Source: a virus
Taxonomy: Duplodnaviria; Caudoviricetes
Virus record (IMG/VR): IMGVR_UViG_3300025769_000099
Location: 1,532-65,531 of that record
Reading direction: 5' to 3' (one strand)
DNA: 64,000 bases
Below, one piece after another: positions 18,431 to 27,553 of the stretch (its first letter is position 1; every line of letters starts with the position of its first letter). The notes under the pieces were generated by a model. It saw nothing but the letters and a program-made list of their open reading frames with translations, was not told where the DNA came from and did not search any database. Made by a program: the position numbers and the translations under genes.

Positions 18431-20155
18431 TTACTCCCACGGTAATGCGCTGCCGCCATCTTCTTCGTCTATTACATTAACTTGTGGTACAAATGAACCT
18501 GATCTATGTTCCCATGTAAAAAACGATTCAGCACCGTTTTCACCTAGGTTTTGAAACTTACATTTTAATACTTTTACTTTAGTATTTTTAGCTTCATAAT
18601 CTCTATGTACTAATAAACCGTGGTAACTAGCATCATACCACTCACCACCACCTTTTATATTATACATCGTAGGTTCTTCTATTTTACCGTCTTGGCCTTT
18701 ATACATTTTAGTTGGATGTGCTACTATAAATGTTAAAACATCATACTTTTTACAAAAGGCTTCTATCTTTGCTAGATAGTCCATAGTATATCTGTTCACA
18801 TCATCTGAAACTGCATTTGTATCTCTAACCTTATTAAACGGATCAATAACTAAACATTTAATACCTTTACGTTTAACTAGCTCAGCACCTTTTTTCAATA
18901 CTGATTCTAGGCTATATTTATCCATGTCTATAAAATAATAGTTGTCATTTACATGATCTGAAACTTCTTTCCATTTACCATTACCTATATCGCTAGGAGA
19001 TGGCATATCACCCCATGTTTTACGCATGAGCTTATGTGCATGTAGGTATATGGGTGCATTTTCAGGACTAGCAAAAGCTGTCTTCCAACCATATTGTTTA
19101 TTATAACCTACTACCATCTGATCAACGAAGTCAGACTTTCCGCTACTAGGTATCCCAGTAACAGTGATAAACTGCCCAGTATAAGTACTAAAAACATCAT
19201 CAAAATTAGATAACCCAATTTGGAACCCAGGTTTGAAACCATTTTTAACAAAGTCTTTAAGTTCATTTTCTATATTTTTAAGAGTTGTTACATTTTCTAA
19301 AGGTACTGGTGTTGATGCGTGTATAGCAGAACGTAAAGCATCTTTACCGTGATTTAATAAATATTCGTTAGCATCTTTACAGTCTACAAAATCTATTAAA
19401 AAACAATTTTCTGCTCCTAACCTACGTATAAACTCTTGTTTAAGCATATTGCCAGGCTCGTCAGCATCTACAGCTAGAATTATCTTTTCTTTGTCTTCGA
19501 AATAATCTATACAGTTATCGAGATAATCTAAATTATTGTGGTTTAACGTAGCACCGTTTGGTACTGATATTACGTTAGGCACACCTGCCTCGTGTAGAGC
19601 TAGCACGTCCATTTCACCTTCAACTATAACACAGCTGTTATGACCTACAATACTATTAATATTATAAAATACTTTTTCAGCTCCTTTATATAGTTTAAAG
19701 TTTTTACGTCCATCTCTATATTTTACATTGATAAGTTGATTACCTACGTAATAGTTAAATTTTATTGTATTCTCAGTCTTACCTGTCTGTGGCATAAACT
19801 CAGGACCCTCACCGACATCTAAGTCAATAAGAGTCTTCTGAGATATACCTCGAGACTTAAACCAATCAACAACTTTACTACTCGGTACCGTAGGCTCTTG
19901 AGCTACGGGGCGAACATATTCACGATCGCTATTACCTTTACGTTGATACGTGTGTAGTTGAAAAGTTGAATCACAGTTGTGACAAGTACCGAGACCACGT
20001 TCCCAATCATAAGAAGCACATTTCTTCTTCTTATTCTCAGGTTTTCTTGTGTGTGAGCAAACAGGGCATGTGCCTTGTGTTTTCCCTACTTCAAGATTAT
20101 GTTGATTGAACTTGTCAATCTTAAACCCATTGATCTCTATTTCTTCTACTTGCAT
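18431..20155 (-). CDS. Bifunctional DNA primase-helicase (T7 gp4/Twinkle-like)
   Basis: Zn-binding CPVC..CHNC; TOPRIM IVEGEMD and DADEPG; Walker A GIPSSGKS; VIDP. Confidence 0.92.
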   Translation of the reverse strand: MQVEEIEINGFKIDKFNQHNLEVGKTQGTCPVCSHTRKPENKKKKCASYDWERGLGTCHNCDSTFQLHTYQRKGNSDREYVRPVAQEPTVPSSKVVDWFKSRGISQKTLIDLDVGEGPEFMPQTGKTENTIKFNYYVGNQLINVKYRDGRKNFKLYKGAEKVFYNINSIVGHNSCVIVEGEMDVLALHEAGVPNVISVPNGATLNHNNLDYLDNCIDYFEDKEKIILAVDADEPGNMLKQEFIRRLGAENCFLIDFVDCKDANEYLLNHGKDALRSAIHASTPVPLENVTTLKNIENELKDFVKNGFKPGFQIGLSNFDDVFSTYTGQFITVTGIPSSGKSDFVDQMVVGYNKQYGWKTAFASPENAPIYLHAHKLMRKTWGDMPSPSDIGNGKWKEVSDHVNDNYYFIDMDKYSLESVLKKGAELVKRKGIKCLVIDPFNKVRDTNAVSDDVNRYTMDYLAKIEAFCKKYDVLTFIVAHPTKMYKGQDGKIEEPTMYNIKGGGEWYDASYHGLLVHRDYEAKNTKVKVLKCKFQNLGENGAESFFTWEHRSGSFVPQVNVIDEEDGGSALPWE

Positions 20156-20164
20156 TTATTTAAT

Positions 20165-20251
20165 TTAATTACTGTCTCTACAATCTGGACATATGTCACA
20201 GAAGTCATATTCCTCCTGTGACACGTCTTGTCCACATATTTCACATTTCAT
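20165..20251 (-). CDS. Tiny zinc-finger protein (28 aa)
   Basis: Read manually: MKCEICGQDVSQEEYDFCDICPDCRDSN. Confidence 0.55.
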   Translation of the reverse strand: MKCEICGQDVSQEEYDFCDICPDCRDSN

Positions 20252-20252
20252 A

Positions 20253-20564
20253 TTAAAATGGTAGATCATCTGCAACAGCCGCAGACGGAGCTGGAGCTTG
20301 TTGTGGTTGATCATCTCTTGGTGCAACCGCGACATTGTCGCCGTTCGTCCATACCACCTTTACATTACCTAAGTAAGTCTTAGCAGTTTTAGCATCTCTT
20401 TCCTCTTTAGTCTGTTGCACAGACACAGGGCCTTGATTACCAAACTGATCTAACTCATCATTTAACGTGATGGTTATCGGTAAGTATTTACCTTTCTTAC
20501 CTACGATAATTTTATCTTTAGGTATAGCGTTAAGGTTAATACTTGTAGCTATTATACTTGCCAT
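20253..20564 (-). CDS. Putative single-stranded DNA-binding protein
   Basis: Acidic C-terminus ADDLPF; GKKGKYL and YLGN; replication context. Confidence 0.7.
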   Translation of the reverse strand: MASIIATSINLNAIPKDKIIVGKKGKYLPITITLNDELDQFGNQGPVSVQQTKEERDAKTAKTYLGNVKVVWTNGDNVAVAPRDDQPQQAPAPSAAVADDLPF

Positions 20565-20565
20565 A

Positions 20566-20784
20566 TTATACTGCTGTTTGGAATAAATTATTAAACATTG
20601 TTCTAAGCTCAGTAGTTCCTACTGTTGCTCCTGTAGCTTGTAATCTTCTTCTGAAGTTATCAGCTTTCTTACTATAAGAGTGTAAACCGTCTGTAGAGTT
20701 TTTATTTACATAAAACTCTGTTGTAGGAAAAGTCATTCCTGTCATTGTACATTCTTTTGTAGTAACTTTTTTTCTTCTTGCCAT
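20566..20784 (-). CDS. Hypothetical protein (degenerate zinc-ribbon-like)
   Basis: KECTMTGMTFPTTEFY...DGLHSY. Confidence 0.5.
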   Translation of the reverse strand: MARRKKVTTKECTMTGMTFPTTEFYVNKNSTDGLHSYSKKADNFRRRLQATGATVGTTELRTMFNNLFQTAV

Positions 20785-20794
20785 AATTATTATA

Positions 20795-21538
20795 TTAAAG
20801 TGTTTTACTTATGAAATATTGTTTAGGGTCGAAACCCTCGGATTGGTAGAACAGCTCATAAGCTTTTTCTGCTCTATCAACCTTGTCTTTACCTGAAGCA
20901 TAAAATTCAGGTGAACAATCAAATATACCTATTTGATGTGTTGTTTTATCTATTACTATAAATACCATGTCATAGCCAAATAATTTTCTGTATATGTAAG
21001 CTTGTGAATCGTAATTGTACTTAGAAGCTGACCATCTAAATTTTTGTATATCAGCCGTAGTTTTTAAATCAACTACTAGTTTTTCTGCATGATTTACTAT
21101 ATCAGCTTTACCTTTCCATACGAAATCATTTACCTTACCTACACCTGGTACTTCATAATCAATTTCAACATCATTACTAGTACCTCTTATTAAGTCTTTA
21201 CATACTTCATTACTTAACATTTTATCTGTCATTAACTCTATGCCATCTACCTCGTGTTGTAATAAACACAACTCACCGCCTGACATTTCTTTGTAAGCTT
21301 TAGTATTTCTACTTGATGATTCTATTATTTTGTATTTCTTGAGCTTATCTGGCTCGAGTATACAAGTGTGAAAATAACCACCTACAAGAAACGCAGAGCT
21401 TGGTTTACTAGGCTTACCAAACGCTAATGGGTTAGTAAGCAAAGTTCCTATATCTGAGTTGCTTAAGTATTGCCTTCCAAAGTCTCCATAATAATGCTTA
21501 TCATCTTCTAACTTTTTCAGGATTTCTTCTCTTTTCAT
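20795..21538 (-). CDS. PD-(D/E)xK exonuclease (RecE/DUF3799-like)
   Basis: LSNS, FHTCILEP, KGKADI, VDLKTT and YDSQAYIY. Confidence 0.8.
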   Translation of the reverse strand: MKREEILKKLEDDKHYYGDFGRQYLSNSDIGTLLTNPLAFGKPSKPSSAFLVGGYFHTCILEPDKLKKYKIIESSSRNTKAYKEMSGGELCLLQHEVDGIELMTDKMLSNEVCKDLIRGTSNDVEIDYEVPGVGKVNDFVWKGKADIVNHAEKLVVDLKTTADIQKFRWSASKYNYDSQAYIYRKLFGYDMVFIVIDKTTHQIGIFDCSPEFYASGKDKVDRAEKAYELFYQSEGFDPKQYFISKTL

Positions 21539-21539
21539 A

Positions 21540-22097
21540 CTATAGTGTTAATAATTCTTTCTCAATTAATTCATCGAGAGCATATTTATTTTTAATAGTT
21601 TCTACTTTACCACCTGCTTTTACATATTGAACCGCTTTTTCATAAGCTGGATCTGTTTTAGAGGTTAAAGTTGGTTTTTTAGGTACGAATTTACCTGTTG
21701 CTTTTTTTCCATGATCATTTGTTGCATCACTATCAGCAGTGTCATCAATTAAGAATAAATTACCAAGTGCATATTTCTTGGCATAAGAAGATGCTGAGCC
21801 AAACTGCTGGGGTACATTCATACCTTTTTGGTTTAAGTCTACACCGACTATAGCTGTTGCGTGTATAGCATCTTTACCATCACTTATTGTAGCGGTAGAT
21901 TCTAATACAGGCATTTCATATGCGTTGTTAAGTTGTTCGTTGATTGTAACCGTGATACCTAACTCTAATAGGAAAGGTTTGGTTGCTTCGAGAATGTCTT
22001 CGGCTGATCTGAAGTTGTATTTACCGAAGGAGTTAAATCTACTTTTTTTCGATTTAAACTTGGTCTGGACCGTTGCCAGTTTTTCATTAATAGTCAT
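21540..22097 (-). CDS. erf: ERF-family ssDNA annealing protein
   Basis: FNSFGKYNFRSAEDI and GSASSYAKKYALGNLFLIDD. Confidence 0.85.
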   Translation of the reverse strand: MTINEKLATVQTKFKSKKSRFNSFGKYNFRSAEDILEATKPFLLELGITVTINEQLNNAYEMPVLESTATISDGKDAIHATAIVGVDLNQKGMNVPQQFGSASSYAKKYALGNLFLIDDTADSDATNDHGKKATGKFVPKKPTLTSKTDPAYEKAVQYVKAGGKVETIKNKYALDELIEKELLTL

Positions 22098-22170
22098 ATA
22101 ATTTAATTTAAGTCTGTATATATATAATCACACATAAACACGTTGTTTTACAATAGTTCACTTGCGTAAA

Positions 22171-22938
22171 CTACAGATAATCAAGCACTTGCGAGTGATC
22201 TACATTATCAATTAATTTTGTTACAGCTTGCTTTTTTAACTGTGAAACTCTAACATAAGAGCTAGATCCTTCGATCTTTAATTCTGCTGCAATTTGTTTT
22301 GCTGAATACTTATCACAGTCTAGGCCATAGCTTAATCTAAGTACCTCATACTCTTTATTGTTTAAATACTTTCTCATTAAACCTTTTAAATATGTATTTA
22401 GTAATTGCATGTTGTATGGTTCAGATTTATCTGGTATTTGATAAGCAGAATCATCGTCTTGATTAGGTTTATCATCTATGCTTAAGAATATAGAATTAAA
22501 AAACATTGATACCATCTTTTTATCTTTACCAAAGTTTCTACGTATTTCATTAAGCTTATGCTCAGGTATTCTCATGTCACCACGATTAATATCTATTGCT
22601 CTACGTATTTGACCTTTTATTCTTTTTGAGAAAAAAGATTTTAGTGTTTTTTCTTGATCTTCTGATTCATCTAACATTGAATAGTCTAATCTGTCTACAG
22701 CTTTAGTCAAACCTGAATTACCTTCTTGTATTAAATCCATTATAGTCATTACACCACTAGCTTGTTGAGTAGTGGAAAATTTTCTTGATAGATTCTCAAC
22801 TAAAGGAGCAAAACAGATTATCATTTGCTCTCTGTTGTATATTGTAAAATCACCGTCTGTAACTTCAGGCAACTTACTTATTTTAAGCTCTATATCTTTT
22901 TTCCACCGGATATAGTTAGCTATGTTATAACTCTTCAT
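22171..22938 (-). CDS. Phage sigma-70-family factor
   Basis: Region 2 DLIQEGNSGLTKAVD; MRIP; region 4 VLRLSYGL...IAAEL...VRVSQLKKQA. Confidence 0.85.
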   Translation of the reverse strand: MKSYNIANYIRWKKDIELKISKLPEVTDGDFTIYNREQMIICFAPLVENLSRKFSTTQQASGVMTIMDLIQEGNSGLTKAVDRLDYSMLDESEDQEKTLKSFFSKRIKGQIRRAIDINRGDMRIPEHKLNEIRRNFGKDKKMVSMFFNSIFLSIDDKPNQDDDSAYQIPDKSEPYNMQLLNTYLKGLMRKYLNNKEYEVLRLSYGLDCDKYSAKQIAAELKIEGSSSYVRVSQLKKQAVTKLIDNVDHSQVLDYL

Positions 22939-23545
22939 TTAATATTTGTTTTTCTTTCTTTAATTGTTTATTTAAATTTCTGTAAATAGTTCTTGTAGAA
23001 CAATCAAGTAAACCCGCTACTCTACCCCATGTTATTTTCTTACCTATGTCATTTAAATCTAACATGCATTGGTATATAGCTTCTTCATCAACACTTGATG
23101 ATCTACCTATTAGTTGACCTACAATTTTTAATTTTCCACTCAAGTCTAACCCAGAGTACGGTTTAAATACTACTTTACGTAGCTTGTTATTAGGTGGATC
23201 TCCACCTTTATCAAAAACATCTTGTATCATGTCATTTAGTATTTTAGTTTTAATAAAGAAAGTTACAAAACCATTTTCTTTATCAGCTATAAATCTAAAC
23301 ACTGTGTATATTTGATCTTCAATGTCATTATCAATATTAAGATAATATAATACAAGCATATGCCACTTCAGCGATTTGTATGTAGTTATCTTAGCCTTAC
23401 TATTAAATAAGTGATAACATTGATACGTACCATCTTCGTAGTATTTATATTTATCGGTTTCAATAGTAGGTACATCTGTTATAGGATCTCTTCTATATAG
23501 AATACGTCTATCATTCAACCATTTTATATTTCTATCTTGTGACAT
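22925..23545 (-). CDS. Protein with C-terminal helix-turn-helix (regulator or replication initiator)
   Basis: KITWGRVAGLLDCSTRTIYRN. Confidence 0.65.
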   Translation of the reverse strand: MSQDRNIKWLNDRRILYRRDPITDVPTIETDKYKYYEDGTYQCYHLFNSKAKITTYKSLKWHMLVLYYLNIDNDIEDQIYTVFRFIADKENGFVTFFIKTKILNDMIQDVFDKGGDPPNNKLRKVVFKPYSGLDLSGKLKIVGQLIGRSSSVDEEAIYQCMLDLNDIGKKITWGRVAGLLDCSTRTIYRNLNKQLKKEKQILNEEL

Positions 23546-23589
23546 TTGCTTATTACTAATTATCTCTTAATACCTTGTGTCATAAAAAA
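23538..23589 (-). promoter_or_regulatory. 52-bp dyad element, copy 1 (TTTTTTATGACAC...AATGTCACA)
   Basis: Same length and conserved blocks as 30672..30723 but in opposite orientation; overlaps the HTH gene ATG. Confidence 0.6.
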
Positions 23590-23934
23590 TTAATCATTAA
23601 TTAATTTTATTTCTACATTATACCATTTACCCCATCTAATTTTTTTATCAACTAAAAAATCTATGGATTTATAGTATCTTCTATTCATTCTGTCTTGTAC
23701 AGTCCACACACCATCAAATTCAGTGCCTGTACCTGATACCATTACTTTTGCGCCAAACACAAAACCATCAAGTTCTAAATCTCTGCTTACAGCTAACCAC
23801 CTATGGTCACCTGGGCAACATTCTTGGATTATAGCACCTGATGCTGTAATAAAAGGCGTGTCATCAGTTTGTTCAGGCGTTGCATGGTATATTGTCGCAG
23901 TAACCATAATTGTCTTTAATAAATTTAATATCAT
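23590..23934 (-). CDS. 3D-domain (MltA-like/RlpA-like) protein
   Basis: VTATIYH, TPFITASG, LAVSRD, VQDRM and IDFL. Confidence 0.7.
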   Translation of the reverse strand: MILNLLKTIMVTATIYHATPEQTDDTPFITASGAIIQECCPGDHRWLAVSRDLELDGFVFGAKVMVSGTGTEFDGVWTVQDRMNRRYYKSIDFLVDKKIRWGKWYNVEIKLIND

Positions 23935-24394
23935 ATAGTTTTTCTTTGTTATGCGCTATGTTTTTCTTTTCGTGTACGTAGTACAACCAGTATGCGTGTA
24001 TAGCACTTTCACGCTTGTATTTATCAGGCATACATTGTGGAGGTTCTGAAAAACCTGTATGTAGTATACCGTCAGGATATTTAGCTAATGGTTCTTTACA
24101 TTTTGTAATTGTTAAATGTGTTTTACCATAGCGTTTAGTATATTCATCACCTAATGCTAGCATGTGATAATATAACCACAAATAATTACTAGCACTTTGT
24201 CTAGCCCACCTTGTAGATGGGTGATTGACATGAGCTTTTTTATAAGGTACCCATTCAGTTTCATAATCTAAACCATGACAATGATGTGCCGTACAAAGCA
24301 TCTGGGCTGATTCTAAAATCATCTTTACAACATGCTTATTGTATTGTAGCTTTGCAGCTTTTACCGGATCCTTATCTAAATAAAATATATTCAT
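23873..24394 (-). CDS. denV: Pyrimidine-dimer DNA glycosylase (DenV-like)
   Basis: MNIFYLD, KHVVKMILESAQML, HVNHPSTRW and EYTKRYGKTH. Confidence 0.75.
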   Translation of the reverse strand: MNIFYLDKDPVKAAKLQYNKHVVKMILESAQMLCTAHHCHGLDYETEWVPYKKAHVNHPSTRWARQSASNYLWLYYHMLALGDEYTKRYGKTHLTITKCKEPLAKYPDGILHTGFSEPPQCMPDKYKRESAIHAYWLYYVHEKKNIAHNKEKLYDIKFIKDNYGYCDNIPCNA

Positions 24395-24501
24395 TTATAT
24401 CTTTTGTTATTTAATCTATTATAATGTTTGTCTAATAAGAGGTTTGCTACCTCTTCTGATATTAAGTTGTCGTTGTATAATTGCCATATTAGTTTACTCA
24501 T
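24391..24501 (-). CDS. Small hypothetical protein (36 aa)
   Basis: MSKLIWQLYND...; coupled to the ligase stop. Confidence 0.45.
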   Translation of the reverse strand: MSKLIWQLYNDNLISEEVANLLLDKHYNRLNNKRYK

Positions 24502-25345
24502 AATTTCTGATTGCTTTGAATAACGGGTGTCTGTATGAACCCGCATTTGTACGTTGAAAGTAAGTAAAGGTAGCACGTTTGCCGATATAATCACCAATGT
24601 TATCGAGTATATTTGCTAGGTCTTTGTAGTTGTAGCCTTTGCCCGGAGGACAACCGAACTTGTTACCGTCATCATCTTGCATTAAGAATTTTCCGATAGT
24701 ACCTTCGCGCTTACCTTTACCTGTTTCATAACCTATGATAGTTGCTTCGGTGTCGCTGAAGTCTTTGAACTTCATAAGATCATAAGATCTGCCGTGCTTG
24801 TATAAGCCGTCAAGCCTGATGATTGAACCTTCGTAACCTTGATCTAGGTATTCTTGATGTAATGTTCTAGCGTAACCGTAGCTGTCAACTAGCTTAGCTG
24901 GAACGTATTTGACACAAGCACTGTATATATCAGATGCAACTAGTTGATGCATTCTGTGTTTGTATGTTTCATAATGACTGTCTTGTGAGAAGTAGTCGTA
25001 GCAATGAAACTGTATAAGGTGCTGAGCATTAATTCTGTCTTCATCAGTAGGTTTTTGTTTTCTTACTAATGATATAATTTTTTCGAAGTCGTGTTTTAGT
25101 TTATGATTATATAATTCGCCGTCGAGTACAACATCTGGTTGTGACTTGAAGAACGATTGTAGAGACATTTCTATGTGTCTTAGGTTCATAAACTGTTTAC
25201 CTGTACGTGAAAAGCATACAATATCTTTATTATCGTTTAGGTATATATTACAACGCACGCCGTCAAGCTTTGGTTGTATGTAGGTTGGTTGGTTAAAGTC
25301 ACAACGTTTTTCGTCGAACTTATGGGCTAACATTGGTTTTTTCAT
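24494..25345 (-). CDS. lig: ATP-dependent DNA ligase
   Basis: PMLAH, QPKLDGVRC (KxDG), LDGELY, EGSIIR and MKFK. Confidence 0.92.
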   Translation of the reverse strand: MKKPMLAHKFDEKRCDFNQPTYIQPKLDGVRCNIYLNDNKDIVCFSRTGKQFMNLRHIEMSLQSFFKSQPDVVLDGELYNHKLKHDFEKIISLVRKQKPTDEDRINAQHLIQFHCYDYFSQDSHYETYKHRMHQLVASDIYSACVKYVPAKLVDSYGYARTLHQEYLDQGYEGSIIRLDGLYKHGRSYDLMKFKDFSDTEATIIGYETGKGKREGTIGKFLMQDDDGNKFGCPPGKGYNYKDLANILDNIGDYIGKRATFTYFQRTNAGSYRHPLFKAIRNYE

Positions 25346-25632
25346 AATTTATCTAATCTATTTTGTATTATATCTAGTTTTCTTTTTATTATTGCAGCTT
25401 TATTGTATTGTTCTTTTTCTTCGTACATATTTAATAGTGTCATTAGCCTAGCTAACTCAGCGATGAGAAACTCTTCGTCTGATTCTTTGAAAGGCATTTG
25501 ACCACGTATTAAATCTTCTACAGATAAAGGTGTCATAGCATGTATCTCGTTCTTCATCTTGTAGAGAAGTTTATCGAGTACTAAATCTGCGATTGTATCT
25601 AACATATTATCATCTATATTATCCAACTGCAT
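25342..25632 (-). CDS. Hypothetical protein with UVR-like C-terminus
   Basis: EEKEQYNKAAIIKRKL. Confidence 0.55.
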   Translation of the reverse strand: MQLDNIDDNMLDTIADLVLDKLLYKMKNEIHAMTPLSVEDLIRGQMPFKESDEEFLIAELARLMTLLNMYEEKEQYNKAAIIKRKLDIIQNRLDKL

Positions 25633-25641
25633 TCGTATTTA
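25617..25641 (-). promoter_or_regulatory. Repeated early-promoter motif TAAATACGA-N8-GGATAATA
   Basis: One of 8 copies with identical spacing. Confidence 0.75.
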
Positions 25642-26086
25642 ATTTGTGATTAAAATCAGTGTACTCATACTCACCTTTATACTTTTGTATAACTTTAGAT
25701 ATAGGTAGTACAAATACATTTTTACTTGAGTATTGATCATAACAACTTATCCACACATCAGGTTTACCTGTCCATATAATGTAAGTGTAATGATGATCTA
25801 TACTTTCTACGCTAGGGTATAAGTATTGTGAGTTGTAATGAAAGTCTTTCACTAAGTGTGATGCTATTCTTGAGCCATCACCAAAGTTTGTAAAACCTTG
25901 ATCTTCTTGCATATGCTTAACCCAATTAGCAAGCTCTACAGCTCTATATTCAGGGTAACCATCATGATGTAAATACATATTTACATAGCTATCGTCACTG
26001 ACTACACTTGGGCTACAAGCGAAGCCTAGGTCATTATCTTCCGCAGCCGACCTATCAACTACCATTGTTACATTTCTTGTTGCCAT
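25619..26086 (-). CDS. Hypothetical early protein
   Basis: MATR...YLHHDGYPE, a motif common in phage early proteins. Confidence 0.65.
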   Translation of the reverse strand: MATRNVTMVVDRSAAEDNDLGFACSPSVVSDDSYVNMYLHHDGYPEYRAVELANWVKHMQEDQGFTNFGDGSRIASHLVKDFHYNSQYLYPSVESIDHHYTYIIWTGKPDVWISCYDQYSSKNVFVLPISKVIQKYKGEYEYTDFNHKLNTNAVG

Positions 26087-26376
26087 TAATCTAGTAATTT
26101 CATATAAGCTTTAGGATTTTCTGATCTAAACCAGTCCATGCCTTTGATTAATTCTTTTCTTAGTTTAGTTATGTATGGATCTTCTACATTTGAGTCGTTG
26201 TCAAACGTTACTTCTATAGTATAAGTAGCACCCATGATAAAATCATACATACTAGCTTCTGCTCCGGTTAACAGGCAAGTTTCACCACTAAATGGATTTG
26301 TTACCTCTTCTGGTGAGCTGTACCAGGCGCCTTTAAACCACTTTGGTTTAGACTGGTTCTTCAACGTATCCTTCAT
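26086..26376 (-). CDS. Hypothetical early protein
   Basis: ORF ending NPKAYMKLLD. Confidence 0.6.
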   Translation of the reverse strand: MKDTLKNQSKPKWFKGAWYSSPEEVTNPFSGETCLLTGAEASMYDFIMGATYTIEVTFDNDSNVEDPYITKLRKELIKGMDWFRSENPKAYMKLLD

Positions 26377-26806
26377 CTATTAGTATATCTTTAATTTCTT
26401 GTTCTGTTATTTCACAAATACCCTGGTATATCTCGCTAAACATATCTGAGTACCAGTACTCATCTATAAAATCATCTGCTACATATATAACAGAGTCTAC
26501 ACTACCCATGCTTCTTATTGCATCTTCTAATTCTGTAGCTAGATTACTGTCATAATAATGCACGTGTTCACCTACGCATATATTTCTATCGTCATACGTA
26601 GCAATGAATACTTCGTAACCATCTGCCGTTGATTCAGGATATACATAGTAGTCTGCTGACTGCGTATAGTCATTTGTAATTTCTACTTCGTAGTATTTTA
26701 ATACTGCCGCTTGTATAAACTCTTCATCTTGTAGCTTATCACCGTCGGTTGGTAAACCTCTTTTGATCATTTCGGCTTCAACTATTTCATCTGTTATATA
26801 CTTCAT
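26348..26806 (-). CDS. Acidic hypothetical protein
   Basis: D/E-rich ORF in the operon. Confidence 0.6.
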   Translation of the reverse strand: MKYITDEIVEAEMIKRGLPTDGDKLQDEEFIQAAVLKYYEVEITNDYTQSADYYVYPESTADGYEVFIATYDDRNICVGEHVHYYDSNLATELEDAIRSMGSVDSVIYVADDFIDEYWYSDMFSEIYQGICEITEQEIKDILIDEGYVEEPV

Positions 26807-27042
26807 GATTTGTCAATTATGTTTTCACCGTACATGAAACTCCAAGATTCTAGCTTATAACTAGTTATATCACCGTATGTTAATAAGTCTCTCATTTCAT
26901 CTATTGTTAGTTCTTGCCACATTAACTTTGACATCAACGTGTACTTTAGTCTTTTTGCAGAGTTGTACTTTCTAGCACTAGCTTGCAAGCTTGTTTTAAC
27001 GTCGGGCAATAGTTTGTCGTAGACGGATTTAATTTTACTCAT
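26803..27042 (-). CDS. Hypothetical early protein
   Basis: ORF just downstream of a promoter motif. Confidence 0.6.
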   Translation of the reverse strand: MSKIKSVYDKLLPDVKTSLQASARKYNSAKRLKYTLMSKLMWQELTIDEMRDLLTYGDITSYKLESWSFMYGENIIDKS

Positions 27043-27068
27043 ATTTATTATTTATTTAATTACGTATT

Positions 27069-27093
27069 TATTATCCTATTGTCATCGTATTTA
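27069..27093 (-). promoter_or_regulatory. Repeated early-promoter motif
   Basis: TAAATACGA-TGACAATA-GGATAATA. Confidence 0.75.
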
Positions 27094-27103
27094 TGATGTA
27101 TAT

Positions 27104-27179
27104 TGGTGCGCAGGGAGGATTCGAACCTCCGACCTCGAGTTTATGAGACTCGCGAGCTAACCATCTGCTCTACCGCGCA
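27104..27179 (-). tRNA. tRNA with CAT anticodon (elongator Met or Ile2)
   Basis: Cloverleaf TGCGCGG TA GAGC AGATGGTTA GCTC G CGAGT CTCATAA ACTCG AGGTC GGAGG TTCGAAT CCTCC CTGCGCA CCA; lacks the initiator three-GC anticodon stem. Confidence 0.9.
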
Positions 27180-27185
27180 ATAAGT

Positions 27186-27264
27186 TACCGGCTGTCACTA
27201 CAACTGGCTTTGTACAACTGATACCTCAAGGAAGCCGAGACGTCGATTTACTGTTAAGCCGGTA
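27186..27264 (-). ncRNA. Putative structured ncRNA
   Basis: Closing stem taccggct/agccggta and internal ggctt/aagcc; strand inferred from neighbours. Confidence 0.45.
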
Positions 27265-27272
27265 TTATATTA

Positions 27273-27360
27273 AGAGAGATGTGCCCACGAAGCGCTTCGT
27301 TTACGTAAACCCGCCGTTGTTTGTTGGACAAGTATATCTCTGCATATCTGCCATCTCTCT
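27273..27360 (-). ncRNA. Putative structured ncRNA
   Basis: Closing stem agagagatg/catctctct; internal palindromes acgaagcgcttcgt and gtttacgtaaac. Confidence 0.45.
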
Positions 27361-27365
27361 GTTAG

Positions 27366-27472
27366 TGGAAGTGGGCGGAGTCGAACCGCCGTTACTACAA
27401 TTTAGGGCCCGCGTCAGCGGTCTCTTTACGGCATTCGCCCACCTATTTTGTAGTGCTTACCTTATCACTCCC
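27366..27472 (-). ncRNA. tmRNA tRNA-like-domain mimic (mini-tmRNA, about 107 nt)
   Basis: Acceptor GGGAGTG/CACTTCC-A with G3.U70; unpaired D-loop ATAAGGTAAGC; long helix ACTACAA..TAGG/CCTA..TTGTAGT; T-arm GGCGG TTCGACT CCGCC. Confidence 0.7.
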
Positions 27473-27475
27473 TTT

Positions 27476-27553
27476 TCGAGGCACCAGTCGCGGACCGGTA
27501 CTAACTAGTATTATGCTTTATCCGCGCTTTTGACCAGTATGCCGCCGCCTCGA
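27476..27553 (-). ncRNA. Putative structured ncRNA
   Basis: Closing stem tcgaggc/gcctcga and internal cgcgga/tccgcg. Confidence 0.45.

Noticed and set aside
12933-20155. Introns or inteins in nrdA, nrdB or the primase-helicase
   Set aside because: The ORFs are continuous, of normal length, and show no intein motifs
27366-27472. Canonical tRNA-Ala or full-length/two-piece tmRNA
   Set aside because: No D-stem or 7-nt anticodon loop, too short for a tag ORF and pseudoknots, and not permuted
27281-27508. 75-aa plus-strand ORF
   Set aside because: Antisense to the local transcription direction and overlapping the structured RNA elements
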